64,000 bases of DNA from Octopus sinensis (Eukaryota). How positions within the stretch are numbered: position 1 is the first letter of the stretch; the number at the start of each line of letters is the position of its first letter. Location: NCBI RefSeq assembly GCF_006345805.1, contig NC_043012.1, forward strand, positions 27,404,001 to 27,468,000, in the 5' to 3' direction. The notes beneath the pieces were generated by a model, which worked only from the letters and a program-made list of their open reading frames with translations, did not search any database and was not told the origin of the DNA. A program made the translations under genes and the position numbers. Of this stretch, positions 22,335 through 35,500 are shown piece after piece.

Positions 22335-24640
22335 CTTATGGTTGCTCCCTCGATATATCGAGTATGGCTGTTGCACGAAGCTTAACTGTTACTGGTGCTG
22401 TGATCGAATGTGACTTTTTAGCTCAGCCAAAGATCTACAATGTCTTGTACAGAATTGGCAACTAATACCTTTACCGGTAATAGCCAGCTGTAGTTGTAAC
22501 TGGGATTCATGTACCTTTGCATGTCGTTTAAGTCCTCCTGCCGAATTACACTCTCTTCCACATGCCCGACAGATATGATTAGTATGGTGTGTTACACCAC
22601 CACCAGTGGCCAGGTTGTCACTCATCTGTCTCGTTTTATGACTATGAAGATGACTCATGAGTCCAGCTTTACTGAGGCAGGGTCTTGCACAGACATTGCA
22701 GGTCAGAATCAAAAGAAGACCCATCCCTTCTGGTAGTGTAACAGTGATGCCCTTCCTGACATACCTCCTTACTTTCTCATGTGCAACTCGAGATTTCTCA
22801 AAAGTAGCTGTGCCCTCATGCACAATCCTTCTCCACTTGCTATGATCAATAGCTATGCCTTCCCATGTGTCAGGAGAAATGCAAGCATCTCTTAAGGAAG
22901 CCTTCAGCAAGTCCTTATACCTCTTTTTTGATTTATGTGGAGTCGTTCTCCTTTAGCTAACTCTCCATAAAAGAGTTGTTTTGGCATCCTTGAATCCTTC
23001 ATTCTGACCAGATGACCATTCCATCTGAGCCTTTGCTTTAACACAAGAGCTTCTATATTTTCACACCGAAAGCCTTCCAATATTTCAAGATCACTAATGC
23101 GGACCTTCCACTTAATGCCATAGACCCGTCTGAGGCACATCTGATGGAAACGTTCCAGTTGTTTAAGGTGGTATCGATATGTGACCCATGTCTCACAGGC
23201 ATAGAGAAGAGAAGGGAGCACATATGCCTTGTACACCTTTATCTTTGTCTTTCTGCATATGTCTCGCCGACTCCAGAGGCGCTTTTCTAGCCTTCCGAAA
23301 GCAACACTTGCTTTCCTAATTCTATACGGAATTTCATCATCCACATTGCCATATCTATTAATAGTGCTTCCCAGGTAGACAAACGGATCAACTACATCAA
23401 GTCATTTACCATTCACATAGATATTTGGTACACTATACTGCTTAACAGGGGCAGGTTGATGCATGACAACAGTTTTCTTGAGATTGACTGTCAATCCTAA
23501 GACAGTGCAAGTATCAGAGAATGCATTCAAAATGTGTTGCATATCAATCTGTGTGTGTGCTACTAGCTCACAATCATCTGCATACAAAAGGTCTCTTATG
23601 ATAGAGGTAAATATCTTTGTTTTTGCAGCAAGGCACCTGATATTAAATATGCTGGCAGAGGTTCAATAATGGACGTAAACACCGTATCTGCAGTTTCTGA
23701 ATGCAATACAGAACACCATCGCGAAATATATGGAAAATAGGGTCGGTGCCAGAATATCTCCCTGTTTCACTCCATTTTGTATTGAAATGGGCTCCGACAT
23801 TTTCCCTCTAACATTCACCCTACCATTCATGTCTTCATGAAAAGACCTAACCAAAGCAAGGAACTTTTCAGGATACCCAAGTTTCTGGAGGACTTTCCAC
23901 AATGCTTTTCTATTGACGGTATCAAAGGCTTTTGTCAGATCGACAAAAACCTGATACAAATCCAGACCCTGTTCCACACACTTTTCCTGAAGCTGTCTAG
24001 CTGAAAAGATCATATCAGCAGTGCCACGTCCCACACGAAAGCCAGATTGACTTTCTGGAAGAACACAATCTGCAATGTATCAGGCTGCTGATTCAAAAGT
24101 TCATCAAAGTGTTCTTGCCACCTTCGCAGAATTCCTTGTGAATCATGAAGAAGTTCTTTACCATCCCTGCTTCGAAGTGGTGTCATCAGGGAAGACGGTC
24201 CATAAACTTCTCGCAAGAGACCATACAACAGCTTTGTGTTATTGGAATCTGATGCTGCCTGTATCTCGTCAGCCTTCTTACTCCACCACGTATCCCTCAT
24301 CTGAGAGAGCCTTTGCCTCACACGTGATTTTACATCCTTGAGTTCCCTATGCAACACTTCCCTTTCCTGTGGCTTTGCTGACAAATAGCATGACAAAGTA
24401 CGTCTTTTATCAGCCAATAAATCATCTATATGTTCATCATTTTCTTTGAACCAATCTTGATGCTTTCTTTGTATCAATCCCAGAACTTTCTTGCCTATAT
24501 CATAAACTGACTTTTTAAGGGTCGGCCAATCCTCCCCAATATCTGCAGCATTCATTTCCTCTCGTAAAGTTCTCTTCACACTATTATACCTAAGACGATC
24601 AACATTCAGTCTTTTAGGCAGGGTAATCCCTGCAGCTCAG
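22335..24640 (-). mobile_element. BovB-like RTE LINE, RT and C-terminal part with three C2H2 fingers
   Basis: Contains RGTADMIFSARQLQEKCVEQ, GVKQGDILAPTLF, YADD and DEIPYRIRKASVAFGRL. The 3' hairpin is ctcgatatatcgag. There are several frameshifts. Confidence 0.9.
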
Positions 24641-24679
24641 ATTTTATGTTTTGTGACTAATTTCACTTTTGTGCAAAGA

Positions 24680-25245
24680 AAATAGTGAATATTGGCTGTT
24701 GGAATGTACAGACATTGCTGGACCGCAAGTCCTCTGAATGTCCTGAAAGAAGGACTGCGTTTGTTGCGAAGGAGCTTCAACGCTATGATCTTGACATCGT
24801 TGCTTTATCTGAGACGAGATTACCTGGAGATGGTCATCTTACAGAATCTTGTGGAAAATATACATTCTTTTGGAAAGGGAGGAATGAAGAGTTTAGAGGA
24901 GAAGCTGGAGTGGCATTTGCTGTTAAGACTACTCTTGTGGACAAGTTGGAAGAAGTCCCAATCGGATTTAATGAGTGTCTTATGTCCATGAGAATTCCTT
25001 TGGCTAAAGGAAATTATATGACCTTGGTGAGTGTGTATGCTCCAACTATGTGCTATACTGACGACGAAAAACTTTCTTTCTACCATGCTTTGAAGAGCAT
25101 TATAAGAAATATCCCTCGGGCAGACAAAGTCATCTTACTGGGTGACTTTAATGCTAGAGTGGGTAGGGATTTTAACACATGGACTGTAATTGGAAGGCAT
25201 GGGGTGGGGAAGTGCAATAGTAATGGCATGCTTTTGCTGCAGATG
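24680..25245 (+). mobile_element. Inverted 5' (APE endonuclease) segment of the BovB-like RTE
   Basis: ORF 24685: NIGCWNVQTLLDR...LSETRLPGDG...SVYAPT...LLGDFNARVG, on the opposite strand to the RT part. Confidence 0.9.
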
Positions 25246-25291
25246 TATGTGTCTGTGTGTTACACTCATATATATATAGAGAGAGAGAACG

Positions 25292-25440
25292 AGAGAGAGG
25301 ATAAGAAATGGAGCAATTAACAGTGAGAAGTGGATCAATGGTAATTTACAGTCATTATTTAAGATGACTTCAAATAATGACTTTAAAACACCAATGATTC
25401 ACTTCTCACTGTTAATTGCTCCATTCCTTATCCTCTCTCT
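25292..25440. repeat. Inverted repeat, 51-bp arms, 47-nt spacer
   Basis: agagagaggataagaaatggagcaattaacagtgagaagtggatcaatggt pairs with accaatgattcacttctcactgttaattgctccattccttatcctctctct. Confidence 0.9.
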
Positions 25441-25584
25441 ATACATTAAACCATGGTTTTATTTTTAAATTACCTACTACTGTATACCTTATAACAAGGA
25501 CTATACACACTGAGGTAATACCAGAAGTGCGTATAGATACATCTATCCCTTAGAAGGTTACATTACCTGTAACTTATATATTAT

Positions 25585-25652
<68 letters not shown>

Positions 25653-25710
25653 CATACATATATATATACATATACATACATACATACATCGATATATATA
25701 TACATACATC

Positions 25711-26014
25711 TTAGAAGAAATGAGGTACTCAGAAATCTGGATGGGTTTATATTTACAGATATTTATTAGTATGTTACATGTTTTTATAAATTATATATCA
25801 TATATAAGCGCTTTCGTCCACTCTAGTAGAGTCGTCAGATTGAACTTTTGCAGGAATTTTGTCTCTTTTTATAAAAAGTTCAATCTGACGACTCTACTAG
25901 AGTGGATGAAAGCACTTAAATATATGATATATGATTTATAAAAACATGTAACATACTAATAAATATCTGTAAATATAAACCCATCCAGATTTCTGAGTAC
26001 CTCATTTCTTCTAA
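25711..26014. mobile_element. Fold-back (MITE-like) element, arms of about 140 bp
   Basis: 25711-25849 is a near-exact reverse complement of 25874-26014. It sits in (TA)n. Confidence 0.85.
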
Positions 26015-26288
26015 TATATAATACCTGTACATCATCTCCAAACCTTCTAATATATGTGTGTGTGTGTGTGTGCGTGTATATACATAGCTTAGACTTTTTG
26101 GGGCGGGGGACCAGATTGAACCATTTCACTAGAAATGGTCATGACGTCTGGAACTTGACTGAGGAAAGAAAGCCACGAATGACCTGTCTTTTTTTAGCCT
26201 GTCCTTCTAATTGTTGTTTCTTGTCTGCTTTTCTATCGTCTATCTGTCCAAATGTTTTAATGTCCTCTATTGAGTTTGTGTTCCATTT

Positions 26289-26337
<49 letters not shown>

Positions 26338-26339
26338 CA

Positions 26340-27864
26340 TACATATATATGCTTTGCAAACAACTTGAGCATGCAAGTGCTACCAGTCGAAAGCTCTGCA
26401 TACTGGAAGCCAGCAGGGATATGGAATCATCAGGAGAGAATGGGTGCTGTTTCCAGGCCCACCTCTCGAAAGCATCATTGCGCACCACCACCCTCACTGA
26501 TATGAAGCCCTGCTTGCTAGATCAACTGGTTATCAAATAAAGCTCGGTATTCTTTTAGCCATCGCTCATTGCCTCTTTTTAACCAAATCCAGTGGTTAGC
26601 TTTTTCCACTGTAGTTTGGATATCGGTCAAGGTGGTATTTACTTTACGATGAGTTAGGCCAAGTGATAACAACAGTCACCTCACACTGTGTCCAACAAAT
26701 CCTCTACATCTGAATTCGATTGGAAAATACTCCGCTTTCCAGCTTGCATCTTAATATTCCTCAAGTAGGTTTACATAATGGTCAATCTTTTGAGCCCAAG
26801 CGGCGTCCATGTTATCTTCATGAGGAACCGTTAACTCGAATAGATTCACAACTTTTGTTCTTTCACACCACATTAAAATGTCCATTTTTTTTTTGTAACT
26901 GGGATGCGAAAGAGTACATGGCACCCTGGTAATCTGCAACCACCTCCCAATAGCCATTCCGCTTTTCGTCACTCACAGGAAGTTTCTTCTTCTTTTGAAA
27001 ATGGATCTACTGTCCCGAGCGCATGAAGGTAATGATATTTCTAGTTGGTACTTCCAACAGTTGTTTTTCACTGTTGTTGAGATCAATTTGGTTCTTAAGG
27101 ACCAGGATGTGTCTCCATTTATACCTATTCAATACTAGTGAACAGTTGGATAGTTTCAGTGTTCAAACCTTTCCACATTTGCATATATCATTCTCTGAGA
27201 TGTTCCATCTTACTAGATTTGCAGGTAATGGCAAGACATCATAGGATGAATGAATCAGAAAGCTTATCTGAGATGTGGTCCACATCCATATCCGATTCCA
27301 ACTTCTTTTCCCCTCAACAACATTTTCCTCCTATCTTGTCATCTGTTCGTGTTGAGTGCATTGGATCAAATGAAGTTGTCTTCTCTCTGCTTCCTTTGTT
27401 TTGATGTTGTTGCTAACAACAGATCAGTGTTTCCTCTGCATCATATTTGCAAACAGTCTGAAACGATCTGCACCAAAACCAAGTTTTCCGATGAATTTGC
27501 ATTTTACCCAGCATATCTTGGTGTGTAAGAGAAGACAGAATGTCATCAGTCTCTGCTTCTGCTTTCCACTTCCTGGCTGTTTTCACATCTGGTGGATTAT
27601 GCCTGATTTCAATCTCCTTCGACTCTCTCAACATCATCACTACTTGTACCTTCCCAAGTTTATAAATTTTGACTGTTGATGCTAGTAACTGTAATGAGCC
27701 TCTTTTATGATAATAAGCTGAACTATTCAATATCCGAGGTAGGCCTAGTCACTTTCTAATGAACACATTACATTTTTGTTCAATGATTTGAACTTGTGAC
27801 AATGATACTTTGCATATTAAAAGTGGCCACGAAAGTTCTGAGTACAAGCTGAACTGTAAGCACC

Positions 27865-27865
<1 letters not shown>
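26340..27865 (-). mobile_element. HERO/R2-superfamily (restriction-like endonuclease) LINE, 3' fragment, decayed
   Basis: Contains LSWPLL...FIRK*LGLPR, KTARKWKAEAET and DILMWCERTKVVNLFELTVPHEDNMDAAWAQKIDHY (PD-(D/E)xK-type RLE motif). Confidence 0.75.
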
Positions 27866-27920
<55 letters not shown>

Positions 27921-27923
<3 letters not shown>

Positions 27924-28340
27924 TCATCATCATTTAACGTCCGTTTTCCATGCTAGCATGGGTTGGATGGTTTTGACTAAAGGCTGGCAACCAGATGGTT
28001 GCACCAGGTTCCAGTCTTGATCTGGCAGAGTTTCTACAGCTGGATGCCCTTCCTAATGCCAACCACTCCGAGAGTGTAGTGGGTGCTTTTTACATGCCAC
28101 CTACATGGGGGCCAGTCAGGCGGTACTGGCAATGACATAGCTCGAATCTTTTTACATGTGCCAGTGAAGTGACGTTGGTAACAATCATGCTCGAATGGTG
28201 CCCTTTTACGTGCTGCGGGTACGGAAGCCAGTTGGTTGCTCTGGCAACAATCACAAAGATCACGTTCGGATGGTGTTCTTGGAACCCTACTAGTATGGGC
28301 ATAAGTGCCAGTAAGGCGACGCTGGTAAAAATCATACTCG
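27921..28340 (-). mobile_element. RTE 3' tail/3'UTR
   Basis: catcatcatcatttaacgtccgttttccatgctagc follows (TA)n. Confidence 0.85.
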
Positions 28341-28974
28341 AATAGCCGTTCATGTGTTTACAAAAACAAAAATGAAAACAAATTACACAAACGTATATAA
28401 ACAGAAGATACAAGTATTACACGCATTTCCCCCACACACACACTAACTAAACATAGACGCACATAGAGAAATACGCATGCGCAAATGAAGACATACAATA
28501 GAAACACAAAATGGCTGACGGTTAGTAAGGAGAGACACACAAATAAGAAAGAAGAAAACAAAGGACCACTGATGCGGTCACAGGACTGTGACAAAAGAAC
28601 TCTGGCCGAAATAAGATTAAGATTAATGTAAAAAATAAATAACACTGAAGCAAAGTAACACCAAATATATAGTGCGTGTGTTTTTATTGGCTAAACTACC
28701 AAAATGACCATTCCTAAATACAACAATATCTGTTTCAACACACGACTTCACATAAAAAATCTTGCACAACAAATATATATACACACACACACATATGTAT
28801 ATATATACATATATATACACATACATATATATATACATATATATATATATACATACATATATATATTTACATTTACATATATATTTATATATAAATACAT
28901 ATATACATACACACACACACACACATATGTGTATATATATATATATATATATATGCTGGGGCTGTAACCAGTCA

Positions 28975-29455
28975 ACTTATGTGTGCCTTTCATTCCTTGG
29001 ACACTAAACTCTGCTTGCAAAGACCAGTTGAGGCAAGTGAAATAGAAATCAAAGCTGATGACTGGCGTCTGTGCTAGCAGGGTGCAAAGAGCACCATACA
29101 AGTGAGATCATGGCTAGAGCAACAAGTTGGCCTTAGTACCAATGGCACGTTAAACACACCATTTGAGCGTGATCGTTACCTGCATCGCCTTACCAGCACT
29201 TGTGCTAGTGACACATGACAAAAAACATTCGAGGTCGTTGCCAGTGCCGCTGGACTGGCGCCTGTGCAGGTGGCACATAAAAAGCACCATTTCAGCATTG
29301 CTGTTGCCAGTACCCCCAAACTGGTGCTCATGCCGGTGGCACGTAAAAGCACCCACTACACTCTGAGAGTGGTTGGCATTAGGAAGCTGTAGAAACTCTG
29401 CCAGATCAGATTGGAGTCTGGTTCGCCAGGTGGATGTTAAATGATGATGATGATA
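28975..29455 (+). mobile_element. RTE 3'UTR and tail
   Basis: Contains aaaagcacccactacactc...gttggcattaggaag and ends gatgttaaatgatgatgatg. Confidence 0.8.
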
Positions 29456-29499
29456 TATACATATATATATACATACATATTTATATTTATAAATACATA

Positions 29500-29748
29500 T
29501 ATATATACACATATACGTCTGACCTCTGACTTCTGCCTGAAGTCAGAACGCCATTATGGACCGTTAGCTGCTACACGCATGTTTCTCTCTCCTTGTATCT
29601 TGTCTGTGTATCTTTCTGTCGAGGAGCGTAAGCTCGAAACGTAAAAGACTTGTTCTATTTCTATTCCTGAGCGGCATACTAATACATTTGTTTGTTTGCA
29701 CTCCACCTGCCTTCGTCTTTTGTTAATTTTCGTAAACCTTCCTGTTAT
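29500..29748 (+). mobile_element. Solo Penelope pseudo-LTR
   Basis: It is clearly similar to the reverse complement of the pLTR at 40145-40380 (gctcgaaacgt.aaagacttgtt...ctgagc..catactaatac...ccacctgccttcgtcttttg). Confidence 0.8.
29611..29648 (+). ncRNA. Minimal type-I hammerhead-like motif with variant core CUGUCGA
   Basis: TCTTT CTGTCGA g GAGC gtaa GCTC GAAAC GTA AAAGA. Stems I and II pair perfectly, and stem III is the palindrome ACGU. Confidence 0.55.
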
Positions 29749-29798
29749 ATACATATATATACACATATATATATATATGTACATATATATATATATAG

Positions 29799-29912
<114 letters not shown>

Positions 29913-29976
29913 ATACATATATATACATATATATATATACATATATATACATATATATATATATACATATATATAC

Positions 29977-30007
<31 letters not shown>

Positions 30008-30011
30008 CATA

Positions 30012-31105
30012 TGATTGATTGATTGATTGATTCCAGTTTCAGCTTATGAGCTGTGGCCATGCTGGGGCACCGCCATTTGGTGTTGCTACTTGGTTTCACT
30101 TCATGGAGGCTTTCTAGCAACTGCTATTTGGTGCATGAGAGAGTTCGATGCAGCTGCCCTCATCTGCCCCTCCTGCCGTGAAGTTGGTTCATCTGGGACA
30201 CCTGACAGGAAGAGATCCAGCTCCATTTTAAAGACATCTGTATCCACCCCATGCAGGTCTCTCAGGTTCATCGGGAGGATATTGAAGAGCTGTGGGCCTC
30301 GGAAGCCCAGGCTATCACAGAATCTTGTCCTACATCTTGATGGCAAGTTTGGAGTCCTAGGCACCACGCAGTGGCGCCCAGTTCTGGCGTTTGCGTAACT
30401 CTCGATGCCAAAGTTCAGGACACTTCCCTCCAGGATCTTCCAGATGTATATTATGGCATATCTTTCCCGCCTACGCTCCAGGGAATATAATTTTAATCTC
30501 TTGAGTCTTTCCCAGTAGCTTACATTCTGCATAGAGGCTATCTTCTTCATGTAGCTTCGTTGGATCGCCTCAAGTTCTGTGATCAACTTGACACTGGATG
30601 GTGACCATAGCTGAGAGCAATAGTCAAAGTGACTTAGGACAAGTGTCTTCCAGAGGACCATCATGGTTTCTTGTTCTCTTGTTCTAAACGTTCTAAGAAT
30701 CCATCCAGCCAGCCGTCTGCATTTCATTGTCAGTTTAGCAACATGTACATGAAAGGACGCGTCATCACTCATGTGAATACCCAGGTCACGCACTGATTGT
30801 GCCTCTGGGATTGCAATCCCTCCGGGTCCAGTGTATTCCTTGGGTATTGCATTCAGTTTTGCATGCTGATAGTATAAAGCTTGAAACTTTTCAGCATTGA
30901 ACTGCATGCTATTCTTTTCAGCCCACTTGTATATTTCGTCCAGCTCATATTGCAGCTGCCTAGTGTCTTCAGGGTTCTGTATTGCCTGTGAAACTTTTGT
31001 ATCATCTGCATAACTTGTGATCGTGGCTCTCCGCGTGGCTGAGGGCATGTCTGAGAGGGCCATTATGAACAGTAGTGGTCCCAAAACAGTGCCCTGTGGA
31101 ACACC
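30012..31105 (-). mobile_element. 5'-truncated CR1/L2-group LINE with an intact RT C-terminus and (TCAA)n tail
   Basis: An open 327-aa frame gives [21 protein letters not shown] and [17 protein letters not shown]. The tail tgattgattgattga is at 30012-30030. Confidence 0.9.
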
Positions 31106-32558
<1,453 letters not shown>

Positions 32559-32589
<31 letters not shown>

Positions 32590-35500
32590 TTAGCGTCCGT
32601 TTTCCATGCTAGCATGGGTTGGACGGTTCTACTGGGGTCTGTGAAGCCAGAAGGCTTCATCAGGCCCAGTCAAATCTGGCAGTGTTTCTACGGCTGGATG
32701 CCCTTCCTAACGCCAACCACTCCGTGAGTGTAGTGGGTGCTTTTTACGTGCCACCCGCACTGGTGCCAGACAGAGCTGGCAAACGGCCACGAACGGATAG
32801 TGCTTTTTATGTGCCACCGGCACGAGGGCCAGGCGAGGCTGGCAACGGACACGAAACGGGGCGGTGCTGGCAACGGTCGCGAAACGGAAAGTTCTCTTAC
32901 ATGCCACCGGCACTGGTAACACATCTGCAATTTCCATTGATCGATTTCCATTGATCGATTTCGATTCTGATCCTCACTTGCCTCAATGGGTCTTCACAAG
33001 CAGAGTTTCGACATGCCACCGGCACTGGTAGCACATCCGCAATTTCCATTGATCGATTTCGATTCTGATCCTCACTTGCCTCAACACGTCTTCACAAGTA
33101 GAGTTTTGTGTCCCAAGAAGGGAAGGTATGCATACGTAGGCTGGCTCCATCCCATGTAGAAGGCCACGGGTTGTGGACTCACTTGTCCTGCCGGGTCTTC
33201 TCGCGCACAGCACACTTCCAGAGGTCTCGGTCTCTAGTCATTTCCTCAGTGAGACCTAAAGTTCGAAGGTCGTGCTTCACCACCTCGTCCCAGGTTTTCC
33301 TGGGTCTGCCTCTTCCACAGGTTCCCTCAACCGCTAGGGTGTGGCACTTTTTCACACAACTATCTTCATCCATTCTCGCCACATGACCATACCAGCGCAA
33401 ACGTCTCTCTTGCACACCACAACTGATGCTTCTTAGGTCCAGCTTTTCTCTCAAGGTACTTACACTCTGCCGAGTGTGAGTACCGGCATTACACATCCAT
33501 CGGAGCATACTGGCTTCATTTCTAGCGAGCTTACGCATATCCTCAGCAGTCACGGCCCATGTTTCACTGCCATGTAGCATGGCTGTTCGTACACACGCAT
33601 CATACAGTCTGCCTTTCACTCTGTGCGAGAGGCCTTTTGTCACCAGCAGAGGTAAGAGCTCTCTGAACTTTGCCCAAGCTATTCTTACTCTAGCAGTTAC
33701 ACTTTCAGCACACCCACCCCCGCTGCTGACTTGGTCACCTAGGTAACGGAAACTATCAACTATTTCTAGTTTTTCTCCCTGGAAAGTGACGGAAGTTGGT
33801 CTCAGAGCATTTTCAGTGTTTATTGTTCCTGAGCATCTGCCACATACAAAAACCATCTTCCTAGTTAGCCTTCCTTTGACATTGCTGCATCTCTTATGTG
33901 TCCATAGCTTACACTTGGTGCATCTTATAGAGTTTCTACCTACACCTTTTCTACAGATCGAGCAGGGCCATCTACCTGAAGGTGTTTGTGATTTGTCTAC
34001 CTTCCTACTGATTACGACTTTGGTTTTAGCTAGATTGACTCTGAGGCCCTTCGATTCTAATCCTTGTTTCCACACCTGAAACTTCTCCTCCAGTTCTGAT
34101 AGCGACTCAGCAATTAGAGCAAGGTCATCAGCATAGAGGAGCTCCCAAGGGCATCCTGTCTTGAATTCCTCCGTTATTGCCTGGAGGACTATGATAAATA
34201 GGAGGGGGCTGAGTACTGAGCCTTGGTGGACCCCTACCTCTACCCGGAATTCTTCACTGTACTCATTTCCAACCCTCACCCTACGAGCGGCGTCCCTATA
34301 CATGGCCCGCACAGCTCTCACTAACCATTCATCTATCCCTAGTTTTCTCATTGCCCACCAGATAAGGGATCGGGGGACCCTGTCGAAGGCTTTCTCCATG
34401 TCAACAAAAGCCAGGTACAGGGGCTTATCTTTGGCTAGGTATTTCTCCTGCAGCTGCCTTACCAGGAATATAGCATCAGTAGTACTTTTCCCTGGCACAA
34501 ACCCAAACTGCATCTCATCTAAACTAACTCTCTCTCTAATTAGTTGGGCTATGACCCTCTCCGTAACCTTCATCACCTGGTCCAACAGCTTGATACCTCT
34601 GTAGTTATTTGTATCTAGGGCATCACCTTTACCTTTGTAGCAGTTGACTATTATACTGCTACACCAGTCATTGGGTATGACCCCTTTGTGTATCACCTGA
34701 TTAACTATATGGGTGACTAGGCTATAGCCGACACTACCAGACATTTTGAGCATCTCTGCAGTGATTCCTGATGGGCCTGGGGCTTTCCCTGTCTTCATGC
34801 TTCTAATTGCCTTAGCTACCACAGAACTATCAACTCGGATAGCTGGTCCCTCTGTTGGGTCAACATTCGGCAGACTCTCTTTATCCCATTCATTTTCTTC
34901 ATTCAGCAACCTTTCATAGTGGCATCTCCAAACCTATCTCTTCGCATCCTCATTTAGCGCAAGTGAACCATCTTCCATGCGAACACACTTCTCTCCTACC
35001 ACATCACGATTCTCTCTCAAACACTGTCTTGCAACACGAAACACCTCCAGTCTTTGGTCCTCACGGCGCAGAACATTGGCAAATTTTTTCTTATCTGCTT
35101 CCCCTCTGGCTAAATAAACCTGTCTCCTAGCTTCTCTTTTGGCAGTCTGATACAATTCCCTGCTACCCCCATTTTTCCAGACCTTCCAAGCCTGTCTCTT
35201 TTCTCTAATAGCCCTGTCTACAATATTGTTCCACCACCACGTTATTCTAGGTCGAGAGGGGACTTTGCACCAGCCACAGATCTGGTCAGTGGCTCTCAGC
35301 AGGTTGTCCCTTAGAAACGTCCAGCTGTCTTCTACCCCCTGTGATGCTCTATCCCCTTCTACTTCGTCAGAGGCTTCAAGTAATATGTCCCTAAATCTCT
35401 GTCCATTTGCAGGATCTTTAAGCTTCCAGATCCTTCTTCTCCATATTTGTCGTCTTCTGGTTGTCCTCCTAGTCCTGATCCTAAAGTCACTAACTACCAG

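Noticed and set aside
26415-26470. GAAAC...CTGATGA on the minus strand in the HERO-like 3'UTR, suggesting a permuted hammerhead
   Set aside because: No stems I, II or III could be paired around the motifs.
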